From Octopus sinensis (Eukaryota), in NCBI RefSeq assembly GCF_006345805.1, contig NW_021833985.1:1-52052 (forward strand): a stretch of 52,052 nt of DNA, in the 5' to 3' direction. Below, in pieces: positions 37,662-50,398 of this stretch. The position numbers were made by a program, and so were the translations under genes. The notes beneath the pieces were generated by a model. The model saw nothing but the letters and a program-made list of their open reading frames with translations, had not been told where the DNA came from and did no database searches. How positions within the stretch are numbered: position 1 is the first letter of the stretch; the number at the start of each line of letters is the position of its first letter.

Positions 37662-37896
37662 ATTGTCATCATCACCATCCTTATTATTTTTGTTATTTTT
37701 ATTGATACTATTATTTTTAACATCATTATTCTTATAACTTCATCTTTATTACCATTATTATTATCACCATCATCATCGTCATCATCATCATTATTATTAT
37801 TATTGCAGTTCTGCTTTTTCTCTTCTTTCCTGCAATTACTATTATTAATATCAACACTATTATTATTATTATTATCATCATTACTATTATTATTAC

Positions 37897-37927
<31 letters not shown>

Positions 37928-37976
37928 ATTATTATTATTATTATTATTATTATGTATCATTATTATTATTATTTTA

Positions 37977-38016
<40 letters not shown>

Positions 38017-38028
38017 CTATCATTATTC

Positions 38029-38087
<59 letters not shown>

Positions 38088-38100
38088 GTGTTTATAATTA
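37190..38100. repeat. (ATT)n/(AAT)n/(ACT)n compound tract
   Basis: Direct inspection. Confidence 0.95.
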
Positions 38101-38228
38101 TTCCACTGCTACTATTTTCTTATTCATGTTCTTTCTTCTTTTCGCTTTGCAGACTATATTTATATTGCAATTATCGCGACCAACATGTGTTGTAATTGTT
38201 GTTAATTACACAATTAATATTTCCATAG

Positions 38229-38262
38229 GTTGGGCATGGAATTGAGGTAGGAGATATGTAAG
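38229..38262 (+). CDS. Candidate short exon with three overlapping donors
   Basis: tttccatag| acceptor; GT donors at 38247, 38258 (gtaagg) and 38263 (gtacgt); open as VGHGIEVGD. Confidence 0.25.
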
Positions 38263-38293
38263 GTACGTATAATTAAGTTTCTTATTACACACA

Positions 38294-38337
<44 letters not shown>

Positions 38338-38399
38338 CTCACGATTAACATCTAATCTATCGACATAATGACCATAATTATTATGCGCGACATTTCATT

Positions 38400-38760
38400 T
38401 ATTTTTGCCAATCTAATCACTTTCTTATTCTTCATTTCCTTCCTTCCTTTCTTTCTGCTTTTATTTCTCTTGTCATTTTTCGTCTTTTTCTTTTCCTTCA
38501 ATTTCTTCTTTTCATTCTTCTTTTTCGTCGTCTTCTTTTCCTCATTCTTTTTCTTCTGCAAATTCTTCTTTCCCTGATGCTTCTTCCTTTCATTCCTTTC
38601 CTTCCTTTCCTTCATTTCCTTCTTTTCCTTCTTCGTCTACTTCATCTTCTTCAATCCACTCTTCTTTTCTTCTTCTTCCTCCTTCTCGTTCTCCTCTTCT
38701 ACATCCTCTTTCCAACTCTTCTTCTGTCCGTCTTCGTTATTCGCGTTCTTTTTCCTTAAA
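38400..38760. repeat. Polypyrimidine (CT/CTT) tract
   Basis: Direct inspection. Confidence 0.85.
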
Positions 38761-39050
38761 TTTATTCCAATAAACCGTTAATTTTATTTACTTCTATTAA
38801 TATTGGTAAAACTGGATACACTTCCAATAAATGGTAAATATTCCATAAGCAAGTTTTTCCATTATCTTTCATTATTTTTGGAAGTCTGCAAATTGGCAGA
38901 ACCGTCAGTCAAACACATAGAAATGTCTTGTGGCGCTTGCTCTGGCTCGCCTTGGTTGTCTGCCTTGTGAGTTCAAGAGCCACCTAGGTGGATTTCGAGG
39001 TGAATGGTAAATAAAATACGAGCCCAAGAATCGGACTTAATTCCTTAATC

Positions 39051-39098
<48 letters not shown>

Positions 39099-39379
39099 TA
39101 TATACATATATATATATATTTATATAACTATCTATCTTTCTTCCTCTCTTTGTCTCTCTATCGCTCTCTCTCTCTCTCTCTTTATTTCTTTCTCTCTCTC
39201 GTTGTCTTTCTGGATTGTACCTACCCCTAATTCAAATGCTCCAGCCATGCCACATCATTTTGTATCGTACTGATACGACCAGGTAATTGCGTTAAAGATA
39301 CACGTCTCTGCGGTGTATTCAGCCACTTGGCGTTAATTCCACATGTAAGAAATTTCAGTTAGTCAAAGTGTTAATTTTC

Positions 39380-39650
39380 CGTCCTTGTTTGAAGAAAGAA
39401 AGAAAGAAAGAAAGAAGGAAAGAAAAAAAGAAAGAAAGAAAGAAAGAATGAATGAATGAATGAATGAATGAATGAATGAATGAATGAATGAAAAAGAAAG
39501 AAAGAAAGAAAGGAAGAAAGAAAGAATGAATGAATGAATGAAAGAAAGAAAGAAACGAAAGAAAGAAGGAAAAAGAAAGGAAAGAAAGAAGGAAAGAAAG
39601 AAGGAAAGAAAGAAAGAAGGAAGGATGGAAGGGGGAAGGAAGAAATAAAG
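39380..39650. repeat. (GAAA)n(GAAT)n
   Basis: Direct inspection. Confidence 0.95.
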
Positions 39651-40329
39651 AGTTGAAATTTATCTTAAGCGGGCCGCATGGGACTTGGCTCAAGAACAGG
39701 TGAAATATGAAAGCTGTTAAACCAGTTCGAATCCAGATGGCGGTGATAAACTAAATGATGGGATTAACCTAATTTGCATATTTGTTCATGAATTATGAAT
39801 GAGAAAATAGCATTAGAGGAAGTTCACTTTGCACTCAGGTGGTGGTGGCGCTGGTGATGGTGCTGGTGGTGCTTTAATCCCTAGGTCAGCTCTGAATGAT
39901 CCGATCTATTTTAAAAGCCTTCCGGTTGAGACAACAACGTCATTTTTCTCCGGTATTTTGCGTCTTAAAAACGACTTGTAAATCTTTCAGCCACCATAAA
40001 ATATGGGAACTGCCAGGGCCGTCATTCGTATACTCAGTAAAGAAGTATGCTAAACTCGGAGTTAAGCGAAGTAAATTCAGGAGAAATTTTGACCTGGTAT
40101 ATAGAATTATTTTTGCGGCAAGATGTCTGCGTAAAACACAATGTACTCTGCGTACATTAGGAATCAAGAGATTAAGAGCTTTTGTGTGTTTAGAAAAGCT
40201 TAAAAACTTTGCCATCCTACATATCATGGATGGTTCGCCATGAGACGCAATTCCCTTAAAAATTAGAACGGAAAATGTTCTAAGAATATTCTTCCAAAGC
40301 TCAAGAAAATCATTTCACCTTTCTAGAAT

Positions 40330-40438
40330 GGTTTATGGTTCTGTATTTTTAGAATGACATATGTTTTGGCCGGTTTGAACATAAAACAGGTAGAAGATTT
40401 GGGCTAATATGTCCGTTTTAGATGCTAAAGGATTAAGA
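40330..40438. mobile_element. piggyBac-like MITE terminus
   Basis: Ends ...GATGCTAAAGGA|TTAA, i.e. a TTAA-CCC-type terminus, preceded by GGCCGGTTTGAACATAAAACAGGTAGAA. Confidence 0.4.
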
Positions 40439-41204
40439 TATTTAACAAAGAGAAATTCATCGATACGGCATTGTTTTTACCAAGACTGCTGTATCTGAAG
40501 GAATGTTAGAATTTTCAACTAATGACTTGTCCATCGAGATAAAAAAAATTCTTACATTGTTGATATTCTAAATTGAACGGTTTTTCAATATTCTTTTGCT
40601 ATTTCAATAAAACGGCATTGAGTTCTATTGTTACCCAGAGAAATAATCTTAAGAAGATTCTGAGTTCTTCACAACGGTTTCTATGGCTCCTTTTTACAGC
40701 TGGCTTTATTTGTTTTCCAATCCAAAATTGCTTTCGTTTTTATTCACATATTTATTTTATGTGTGTTGTAGGAGTTACACGAAAGGAAATAATACATGTG
40801 GCCTTTGTTTTGTTTTCATAATCGCCATGAAATTTGAGAAATGACATTAAGAATGGTTGTGCTCCAAACCTTTCCTCTAGAGTCTTCAAAACTGAAGATC
40901 ACCGATGGTTTTTTTTTCGTTATTTTTGTTCTATATTTGCATCCATTAATTTCTTAAGAATTCTCTTTCATCTTAGAACGCATCCCTGCAATTTTTTCAA
41001 ATGCCTTTTCATATAATAAACACGTATTATCTCATTAGCGATTGACCAAATTAGACAACATGTCGAATATTACAACGAATATTGCTGACATTTCGTTTTT
41101 AATTTTGACCCCCTAAAGATGGCAAGCTGTAAAGTTAATGAGTTATAAAATCCGAAATAATAAATCCGAAATTTCTGCAATAAGAATACAATATCTGTTT
41201 CTTT

Positions 41205-41765
41205 ATTATCCACAAGGGGCTAAACACAGATGGGACAAACAAGGACAGACAAAGGGATTAAGTCTATTACATCGACCCTAGTGCGTAACTGGTATTTAAT
41301 TTATCGACCCCGAAAGGATGAAAGGCAAAGTCGACCTCGGCGGAATTCGAAATCAGAACGTAGCGGCAGACGAAATACCTATTTCTTTACGACCCTCAAG
41401 GGGCTAAACACAGAGGGGACAAACAAGGACAGACAAACGGATTAAGTCGATTACATTGACCCCAGTGCGTAAGTGGTACTGTATTTATCGACGCCGAAAC
41501 GATGAAAGGCAATGTCGACCTCAGCAGAATTTGAACTCAGAACGTAGCGGCAGCCGAAATACCTATTTCTTTACAACCCACAATGAGCTAAACACAGAGG
41601 GGACAAACAAGGACAGACAAACGGATTAAGTCGATTACATCGACCCCAGGGCGTGACTGGTATTTAATTTATCGACCCCGAAAGGATGAAAGGCAAAGTC
41701 GACCTCGGCGTAATTTGAACTCAGAACGTAGCAGCAGATGAAGTACCGCTAAGCATTTCGCCCGG
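41205..41765 (-). mobile_element. SINE family A, three tandem ~185-bp units (head on the rightmost)
   Basis: Junction GACGAAATAC|CTATTTCTTTAC repeated. Confidence 0.92.
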
Positions 41766-41894
41766 CGTGCTAACGAAGTATGTTTGTGCAACCAGTTCAC
41801 TCTGTCCTCTGCCATGAAAACGAGACGCACAATATAATAAACCGTACTTCGAACGATGTGAGAGATAGCTTTCCACACATTGGCTGGGGTAGTC

Positions 41895-42500
41895 TCTTAA
41901 TCCGTTTGTCCGTCCTTGTTTGTCCCCTCTATGTTTAGCCCCTCGTGGGTAGTAAAGAAATAGGTATTTCGTCTGCAGTTACATTCTGAGTTCAAATTCC
42001 GCCAGAGACGACATTGCCTTTCATCCTTTCGGGGTCGATTAAATAAGTACCAGTTACGAACTGGGGTCGACATAATCGACTTAATCCGTTTGTCTGTCCT
42101 TGTTTGTCCCCTCTGTGTTTAGTCCCTTGTGGGTAATAAAGAAATATGTATTTCGTCTGCCGTTACATTCTGAGTTCAAATTCCGCCAGAGACGACATTG
42201 CCTTTCATCCTTTCGGGGTCGATTAAATAAGTACCAGTTACGAACTGGGGTCGACATAATCGACTTAATCCGTTTGTCTGTCCTTGTTTGTCCCCTCTGT
42301 GTTTAGCCCCTCGTGGGTAGTAAAGAAATAGGTATTTCGTCTGCAGTTACATTCTGAGTTCAAATTCCGCCAGAGACGACATTGACTTTCATTTTTGGGG
42401 GGTAGATAAAATAAGTACCAAGTGAATACTGGAGGTCGATCTAAGCAACTGACCCCTCGCATAAAATTGTTACCCTTGTGGCAAGATTTGAAACCATTAT
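41895..42500 (+). mobile_element. SINE family A, about 3.3 tandem units with private shared variants
   Basis: ~183-bp units share the CCAGAGACGACATTG variant; the last unit has tail B followed by (ATT)n. Confidence 0.92.
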
Positions 42501-42509
42501 TATTATAAT

Positions 42510-42557
<48 letters not shown>

Positions 42558-42571
42558 TATTATTATTATTA

Positions 42572-42613
<42 letters not shown>

Positions 42614-42909
42614 GCATTATTTCTTATATTCCTCGCCTAGCTTCGCGGAACTTATTTTCCCTTGCCACTGATAACGTTTATTCCATTCCTTCTGTTTTTC
42701 CTTTTGTAATTCTTTATGATATAAAGAAATTCTTTTCTGTCTTGTATTTTCCTCAAACCTTACTTCGTGGACGGATTCCATACTTCTTTCCGCCTTGCCT
42801 TCCTTCCTTTCTTCTATTCTTTTGTTTCTGTCTTCCTTTCTTCGGTCTTTCGTATCATTCTTCTCTTCAATCTTTACTTAATTCCTTGTGTCTTGCATTC
42901 CAAAGATTT

Positions 42910-42988
42910 ATGAACGCAAAAGACTTCAAATACCATATATATATATATGCAATATATATATGTATATTTGTGTGTGTGTGTGTGTATA

Positions 42989-43034
<46 letters not shown>

Positions 43035-43264
43035 CAATATTAACATATATATGTATATATATATATATATATAAATTAGAGAGACATAGGAAGAAAAGAC
43101 ATAATATATATTTATGTACATATATAGTATTATATCATATAAAAATACATATTTATATACATAAATACAGTCATACATACACAGAATAACATATATAGCA
43201 TATATATAACACACACACACATATATATATATAATATAATATAAAATATAAATATATATAATAT

Positions 43265-43327
<63 letters not shown>

Positions 43328-43676
43328 TACAGGCAGGCCTGTGTGTAATGTATGTATGTGTGTATGTATGTAGGTATGTATGTATGTATGCGTGTATATC
43401 AAAGAAAAAATAACTTGTTTAGATCTACAGGAATATTTAACAGAAATAAGCGCTTGACGTCTAATCGGTCAAAGCGGAACGATAAATCACACGTGCGCAC
43501 TCACTCTTTATCTCTCTTTCGCTCTTTGCATACTCACACTCACACACACCACACACACACACACAACACACACACACATACAAACACAAACAAACACAGA
43601 CACACGCATATAAATACATACAAACATAAGTATTTGTATGTATGTACATATATATTACATATATACATATTATGTA

Positions 43677-43712
<36 letters not shown>

Positions 43713-43716
43713 CATA

Positions 43717-43759
<43 letters not shown>

Positions 43760-43779
43760 TATATATATATAATATATAT

Positions 43780-43810
<31 letters not shown>

Positions 43811-44091
43811 ATATATATATGCATACATACATGTATCCCTGTATATATGCACATCTATTTATATACATCCGCCTATCAATCTCCGCCATTATGCACCGGC
43901 AAACATCAAACATGTACCTCTCATGTAAGCATTAAATATCCGTAAAGAATATGACGCTAACTCATTCTTATTTATTTTCGAGGTAAGGAACTTAGAAAAG
44001 AATGTTATGTACGTATACAAGTACATGCATATATACGTATAAACACACGCAGATATATATTATAAACACACAGGCATGTATATATGTATTA

Positions 44092-44132
<41 letters not shown>

Positions 44133-44280
44133 TATATAATTATATACCTATTAATAGTTATATATATATTAATGTTATTAACTGTTCTTGGTAAATAAAT
44201 ATATATCTACATATATATATATATATATATAGTTACATACATACATATATATATATTATATATATATATATACGTTTAAA
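42910..44280. repeat. TA/CA-rich microsatellite blocks with short unique islands
   Basis: Direct inspection. Confidence 0.85.
43930..43982 (+). CDS. Candidate exon (53 nt) or AG|GT recursive-like site
   Basis: GAG|gtaagg donor; one open frame, xLNIRKEYDANSFLFIFE; the same bases also look like a branch point (GCTAAC) plus pyrimidine tract. Confidence 0.2.
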
Positions 44281-44326
44281 TATTTGTTGTGCAAGATTTT
44301 TTATGTGAAGTCGTGTGTTGAAACAG

Positions 44327-44745
44327 ATATTGTTATATTTCGGAATGGTCATATTGCCAGTTTAGCCAATAAAAACACACGCACTATATATTTGGTGTTA
44401 TTTTGCTTCAGTGATATTTATTTTTTACATTAATCTTAATCTTATTTCGGCCAAAGTTCTTCGTACACTCCTGTGACCGCATCAGTGGTCCTTTGTTTCT
44501 TCTCACTACTTTTCTCTACTTACGTAACCGTCAGCCATGGCTGACGGTTAGTAAGGAGAGACACAAGTAAGTGAGAAGAAAACAAAGGACCACTGATGCG
44601 GTCACAGGAGTGTGACGAAAGAACTTTGGCCGAAATAAGATTAAGATTAATGTAAAAAATAAATATCACTGAAGCAAAATAACACCAAATATATAGTGCG
44701 TGTGTTTTTATTGGCTAAACTGGCAATATGACCATTCCGAAATAT

Positions 44746-44753
<8 letters not shown>
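44327..44753. mobile_element. Fold-back palindrome (~213-bp arms), probable head-to-head PLE pLTRs
   Basis: Spacerless centre CAGCCA|TGGCTG (44537/44538); arms nearly identical with a few indels; the left arm extends to 44281; both ends abut (TA)n. Confidence 0.75.
44587..44631 (+). ncRNA. Minimal hammerhead-like motif with variant core (A9->C plus one extra nt)
   Basis: GGACCA-CUGAUGC-G-GUCAC(aggagu)GUGAC-GAAA-GAAC-UU-UGGCC; stems I and II pair. Confidence 0.45.
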
Positions 44754-44786
<33 letters not shown>

Positions 44787-45060
44787 TACATATACATATA
44801 GAGTAGGAACGAGAGAGACGCATGTATGCGTGTATGTAGGTGTGTATGCATTTGTGTATATATACATTCTTATATGTTAAATTACATTATTTTCCCTCTG
44901 CTTTACAGTAATGAACTTCTCTGATTATTGCTAATATATGTCAAATAATGTTTCAAAAAGTATATATAATATATATATATATATATATTCAACATACGAA
45001 TACTTACATATACGCACGTATACATACATATATATGCACCTATATTAAGTTTTCGTATGT

Positions 45061-45095
<35 letters not shown>

Positions 45096-45335
45096 TAATA
45101 TATATATATTTATTTATATTTATGTAGTATTTAGCGTATATTCCGCTGATGAAAGCAAAGCATTTATTATGCAGAGTCAGAAATCCGGGATCTGGAATTA
45201 TCCCATAAATGCTTTACAAGTTTATTTTGTCTCTTGTCTTCTCTCCTGGTGCTGTATGAACATTTAATGTGGTTTTAGGGTCAAGTTTTGGCTACTATAT
45301 CTAGCATGGTGGTATCTCTTTGATACCCTTAATTA

Positions 45336-45381
<46 letters not shown>

Positions 45382-45384
45382 ATA

Positions 45385-45570
45385 TATAAAGTTAATCTAA
45401 ACATGAAAACACAAAGAGAAAACACAACAACCCGAGGACATGGAACAAATATAGTATTATTGGACGCTCAGGAAGAAAGGGAAGAAGGAGGGTTTAACGT
45501 TGTGAGCGGAGCTCTTCGTCGGAAACATAGGAGAAGGAAACATCCAGAGAAGGGAAAACAGAAGAAAAAA
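45385..45570 (-). mobile_element. Relative of the ~190-bp hammerhead-like element (core decayed)
   Basis: CCGACGA-A-GAGC(ucc)GCUC-ACAA-CGUU; downstream CCTGAGCG..AATA..ATTTGTT block shared with the 3400 copy; flanked by (TA)n. Confidence 0.5.
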
Positions 45571-45734
45571 AATATATATATATATACATACATATATATA
45601 CGAGAGGAAGTAAAAATTATCCGCATTTTCGCCATAACATATCTTCATTATTCTTACACTGCCTTCTGCGCATGCGTGCTTTTAGTTAGTACATTGTGAT
45701 CACGTGATCGAAGTTTGAACCTGATGTTGCCATT

Positions 45735-46050
45735 TTTCTTTCTGGCTTTACAGTGTAAGCACGGCCACTCCACTAGCAATGTGAGTCAAAGAAGAACAAG
45801 GAGCAGTGATCCGAGAAATGGTAATGGTGAACCGGTTCACCATTGCACTCTCTAGAGCTTGCTGAATCTTCTTGTCAGCGGTGGAGGTTTACATATATAC
45901 ATAAGCGTGTGGGGTATGCAATAATGATTATACGCCGTAGGGGACGGCACAGAATCGTACGAATAAAACAGGAAGAAATGCACAATGGACATGAGCATGC
46001 TGCTTCCTTCATCAGTTAGCGACCAGATAGCCATCACGATTTCGATACTT
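45735..46050 (+). mobile_element. mariner 5' fragment (degenerate)
   Basis: ATPLA..KEEQGAVIR matches the mariner N-terminal KEEQRAVIRF; degenerate NG..S..GRPS further on. Confidence 0.6.
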
Positions 46051-46092
46051 ACCAATAACATTGTTTAATTTGGCGGCTTCGATAACTTAAAC

Positions 46093-46324
46093 CTATTTCT
46101 TTACTACCCACAAGGAGCTATACACATAGGGGACAAACGAAGACACATAAAGGGATTACGTCGATTACATCGACCCCGGTGCGTAACTGGTACTTAATTT
46201 ATCGACCCCGAATGGATGAAAGGCAAAGCCGACCTCGATGGAATTTGAACTCAGAACATAACGGTAGAGGAAATACGGCTACGCATTTTGCCCGGCGTGC
46301 TAACGATTCTGCCAGCTCGCCACC
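46093..46324 (-). mobile_element. SINE family A
   Basis: Matches the family consensus. Confidence 0.9.
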
Positions 46325-47267
46325 TCGACGACATAAACCGCTGCGGTATAGATGACCGAACCTTCTCAAGCACAGAGTGAAATAGAGAGACTGATTTTCA
46401 AGCTAATTTCTTGTTACGATACATTCGTGTCACGATGGTTCTGCCAGAAGAACCATCCGTACCATATTCTACCAATCACGCGATAACAGAAACTGGAGGA
46501 GACCAGCCTTATTACCTACATAGTGTATATCTGAATCTACCCCAAACCCACCCGCATTAGATTCATAACAGAAGATTTTGAGACATACTGAGCCGCTTAC
46601 AAAACGATCCAACGAGTATCGGTGATCGATCTATTTGATTATTTGATCATCATCAAACCAATGCGAGATGAGTCATCATTTTATTGAGCCATCGATAAAT
46701 AAAAATCAGATTTCTTCTCTGTAGTATTTTGAACTTAGACGCAAAAGACCCAAACGCCACCTAAAGATTTTTTTTTGTTTTTATTTTTTTATCCATTCGT
46801 TTGTTTTTGTTTGTTTTTTTCTTGTCTTTCTTTTCAAAGAATCCACTATCGTCAATATATTTCTAATCAACGTCGAGGAAAATGCGTTTTGATATTGTTG
46901 TTTTGTAGTCTCACATGCTTCATAATTGCACCGGTTTGTCTGTGATCTGGGTTTAGATCTACCAAGATCGATTCTGCCTTTCATCGCTTTCCTGTCGATA
47001 AATAAAGTACCAATTAATTATAGGAATTGATTCTTCTCTTTCTTTCTCTTTCTCTCCCTTCTTCCCCGTCTCTCTCCCTCTCTCTCTCTTCTTTCTCTCA
47101 CACAACATTTACACACTTATAGACATTCATACACATTCATAGAATTGACTATAGTCAACAAGAGTGTATCTTGTAAAAATCTTCTCTGCTTTTAAACCAC
47201 ATCTATGGTCGCTAAAGTACCAGTTAAATAGATTTATAAGCCCTAAAGGTCACTCCCTAATTGCCAA

Positions 47268-47339
47268 CAGGCATATGGTATAGTGGTTAAGAGCGTGAGC
47301 TACTAACCCCAAGATTCCGACTTCGATTCTAGGCAGTGA

Positions 47340-47383
<44 letters not shown>

Positions 47384-47405
47384 TAATAATAATAATATAA
47401 TAATA
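47268..47405 (+). mobile_element. Short tRNA-like SINE head with (AAT)n tail
   Basis: TGGTATAGTGGTTAAGAGCG A box, TTCGATTC B box, then (AAT)n; followed by a SINE A body fragment. Confidence 0.7.
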
Positions 47406-47769
47406 ATCTGGAAAAATACCTTGAGATCGATAAAAGTACCAGTGGTACACTGGATCGATGTAATCGACTTAACACTACCCCTGAAATTACCGGCCTTGTT
47501 CCAAAATTTGAAGCCAATATTTTAGTCCGAGGTGAGACCTTATTAAGGAAAAAGGTATGGTATAAGGCATTCCTACTATGATCATGCTTTCTTTTCAGTG
47601 AGTGACTAAGAAAACATCAAACCAATCTTTCCCAATCATTTTCTTCCCCTGTGGCTCCCTTTGTTCTTCATTTTACTCTACTGGACCCTATTAGCAATTC
47701 GATGTTTAAAAATCCTATTATATTTTAATAATTAAATATTAAGAATTGTATATTCTGTGTTATGTCTTC

Positions 47770-48155
47770 TGTTTGTTTCCGTCATTACACCGCGCCCATG
47801 CTACGGCACTGCCTTGAAGAATTGTTACTCGAATGACTCAACTCCGGTACTTATTTTTTTAATTTTTATTTTCATTTTGTATCCGAGTACTTATTCAGTC
47901 GGATCTCTTATGCCGAACCGCTAAGTTACAGCGACATAAACATACCAGCACCGGTTGTCATGTGGTTGGTGGGAGACAATCTCACAAATACACACACACA
48001 CACACACACGCGCACACGCACACACAAACGCTCGCACATGGATTTCTTTCAGCTTTCGTCATCCCGAGGTAATAGTAGATGACAGTCGTCCAAGGTGGGA
48101 CTTAACGCGGAACCATGTGATTGGGAAGCCAGCTTCTTACCACACAGCCACGCTT
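47770..48155 (-). mobile_element. SINE family B (diverged, near full length)
   Basis: GCCGAACCGCTAAGTTAC...GGAACCATGTG...CCACACAGCCAC. Confidence 0.8.
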
Positions 48156-48229
48156 GCAACTATAAAAACAAAATTAAAATATTTTCTGTATGGTAGAAGA
48201 ATAACTAATTTACAGCACATAAATTTTAA

Positions 48230-48290
48230 CAACCAAATCCTCTATGGACCCCGCAAAGAGTCATAAGGACCCCAGTTGAGAACGACTGCC
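48230..48290. mobile_element. hAT/Charlie-like MITE terminus
   Basis: GGACCCCAGTTGAGAACGACTG resembles the GTTGAGAACCACTG hAT end. Confidence 0.45.
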
Positions 48291-48727
48291 TTAAATAAAT
48301 ATTCTTTTTCCCAAATTGCTGTTTTCGATCTCCGATAGATTATTAAAGGCTAGGCGTCTAAAATGACCTATAATGATTGATATACAGTGAAAATGCTTTT
48401 ATGTAATAACAAGCTCTGATTGGATGAAATGCTCCAAAAGGATCTTATTGGTTTGCAATATAACAGTTATCTGAAAGCATGGAGGCGGTTCCAGTTAGGA
48501 GAAATGAGATAATGCTATGCAAACCAATATGCGTAAGTTCCGTTTTGTCAGAGTCGTTAAAGAGTTAGACGAAATACATTACCGTATATCCTCTGAAAAT
48601 ATGCATTCTGAGTTCAAATATAACCGATATCAATACTGCTTTTCATCCTTCCTGGGTCGATAAATAAAATCCTCCTCTCCAGAGGAATGGACTGGCTTAC
48701 GTATTATTTGCAATGTAACTTAATAGT

Positions 48728-49142
48728 AGGCGGTGAGCTGGCAGAAACGTTAGCACGCCAGGCGAAATGCTTAGTTGTATTTCGTCTACTGTTACGTTCA
48801 GAGTTCAATTTCCGCTGAGGTTGACTTTGACTTTCATCCTTTTGGGGTCGATAAATTAAGTACCAGTTACGCACTGATGTGATTGACTTAATCCATTTGT
48901 CAGTCCTTGCTTGTTCCCTCTATATTTGGCCCCTTGTGGGCAATAAAGAAATAAGAATAAATTGTTAGCATGCCGGCATACCGTCTGTCTTCAGGTTCCG
49001 AGTTCAAATTCCATTGGAGTCAACTTTGCGTTGTTTAATTTCGGTTTCGATAAAATGTGTATCATTTAAAGACTGGTGATGGTTTAATCAACTTAGCCCC
49101 TTCTCCAAAACCTACTGACATTGTTCCAAAAGTTGAAACCAA
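48728..49142 (+). mobile_element. SINE family A, dimeric
   Basis: Full head GGCGGTGAGCTGGCAGAAACGTTAGCAC; older second unit with tail B. Confidence 0.9.
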
Positions 49143-49248
49143 TATAATTTAAGGGAGATTTGGCAAATCTTTCAGACATAGTGTCTCTAAAATGTTTGAC
49201 TATCCTGGTTTTACTGGAAAGAAATTTGTTTGTTTTTCAGCTAAACTA

Positions 49249-49787
49249 CGAGAGTGAGTCAAAAAGTGATGTCATTTTGTTTAGGACATGTATATTTACT
49301 AACACAGGAACATTATCTTACGTCAATATGAAGCTGGTCTTCTGTGGATCACATCCCTACTTCTCAACATAGTCCCCGTTTCTCTCAATAGCAATGTTCC
49401 ACCTCCGAATGAGAGCATGTATACCTTGCCCGTGAAATCCCGTTGACTGTTTTCACTTCCTCATCACTGGAATAATGTTTGCCTCTCAAACCCTCTTTCG
49501 TGGGACCGAAGAGATGATAGTCCAGTCACGATGATAGTCCAGTGAGGAGGAAGTGAAAACTGTAGTGAAGAAGTGGTTCAAAGAACAGTCAACAGCATTT
49601 TACGGGTCAGGTATACATGCTCTCATTCGAAGGTGGACCATTGCTATTGAGAGAAACGGTGACGATGTTGAGAAGTAGGGATGTGATCCACAGAAAACAA
49701 GCTTCATTTTGATGTATGATACATGTTCCTGTGTTGGTAATTATACCTGTCCTAAACAAAATGGCCTTACGTTTTGACTCACCTTCG
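49249..49787. mobile_element. mariner-derived element with very long (~230-bp) inverted arms
   Basis: TA flanks at 49247-48 and 49788-89; both arms correspond to the transposase 3' end (EEEVKTVVKKWFKEQSTAFY.SGIHALIRRW...GDDVEK*) plus TIR. Confidence 0.9.
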
Positions 49788-50308
49788 TACATATAGGACC
49801 ATGTTATCTAACGTGTCTTCTCAATACTGCTTAAGACAACAGTACGCAATTCCAGATAAATATAATCGCCATTTAAAACATAGTTTATCTAAGACTTCTT
49901 TAACTAAACCATTTCTTCCTTCTCAAGCAGGAGAGTATTGCTTGACGTAGACTTCACAGCTATTTCAGACACAGTGTATATAGGACTACATTAATCTAGT
50001 TTTAAATGCTATACGAGCGATTTGAGGGTGAATTCTCTGCTATTTCTAAAGGTCCAGCAACCAGATGAAGACTGTAATCTAGGCTCGTCAGACACTATGA
50101 ATCATATTATATATTATCTGATACATCTTTCCATTCTTTAAGACAGCACTTTCGATTTAAGAGGGATCGCACTGCTATTTCTAGCAGGTTGACGAAACAA
50201 GTTCAGAATTTGATATCAGCCTCGCTTTTCTTCTCCTTCCTTTTCATTTCTCTCTGTGTCTCTGGGGTTCCCTCTCTTTTGCTCTCTCTCTGTCCCTCTC
50301 CCTATCTA

Positions 50309-50362
<54 letters not shown>

Positions 50363-50398
50363 GACCTGCACAACGTCGTTCATTTCAAGTATTTTTAG

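Noticed and set aside
39896-40243. 115-aa plus ORF and overlapping 95-aa minus ORF
   Set aside because: No recognisable motif and no convincing splice pair; kept only as unexplained unique sequence
47268-47345. Possible tRNA-Ser gene
   Set aside because: Imperfect acceptor and T stems, no long variable arm, directly followed by (AAT)n; best read as a SINE head. Other tRNA-like heads (17110, 18129, 22266) continue into SINE bodies
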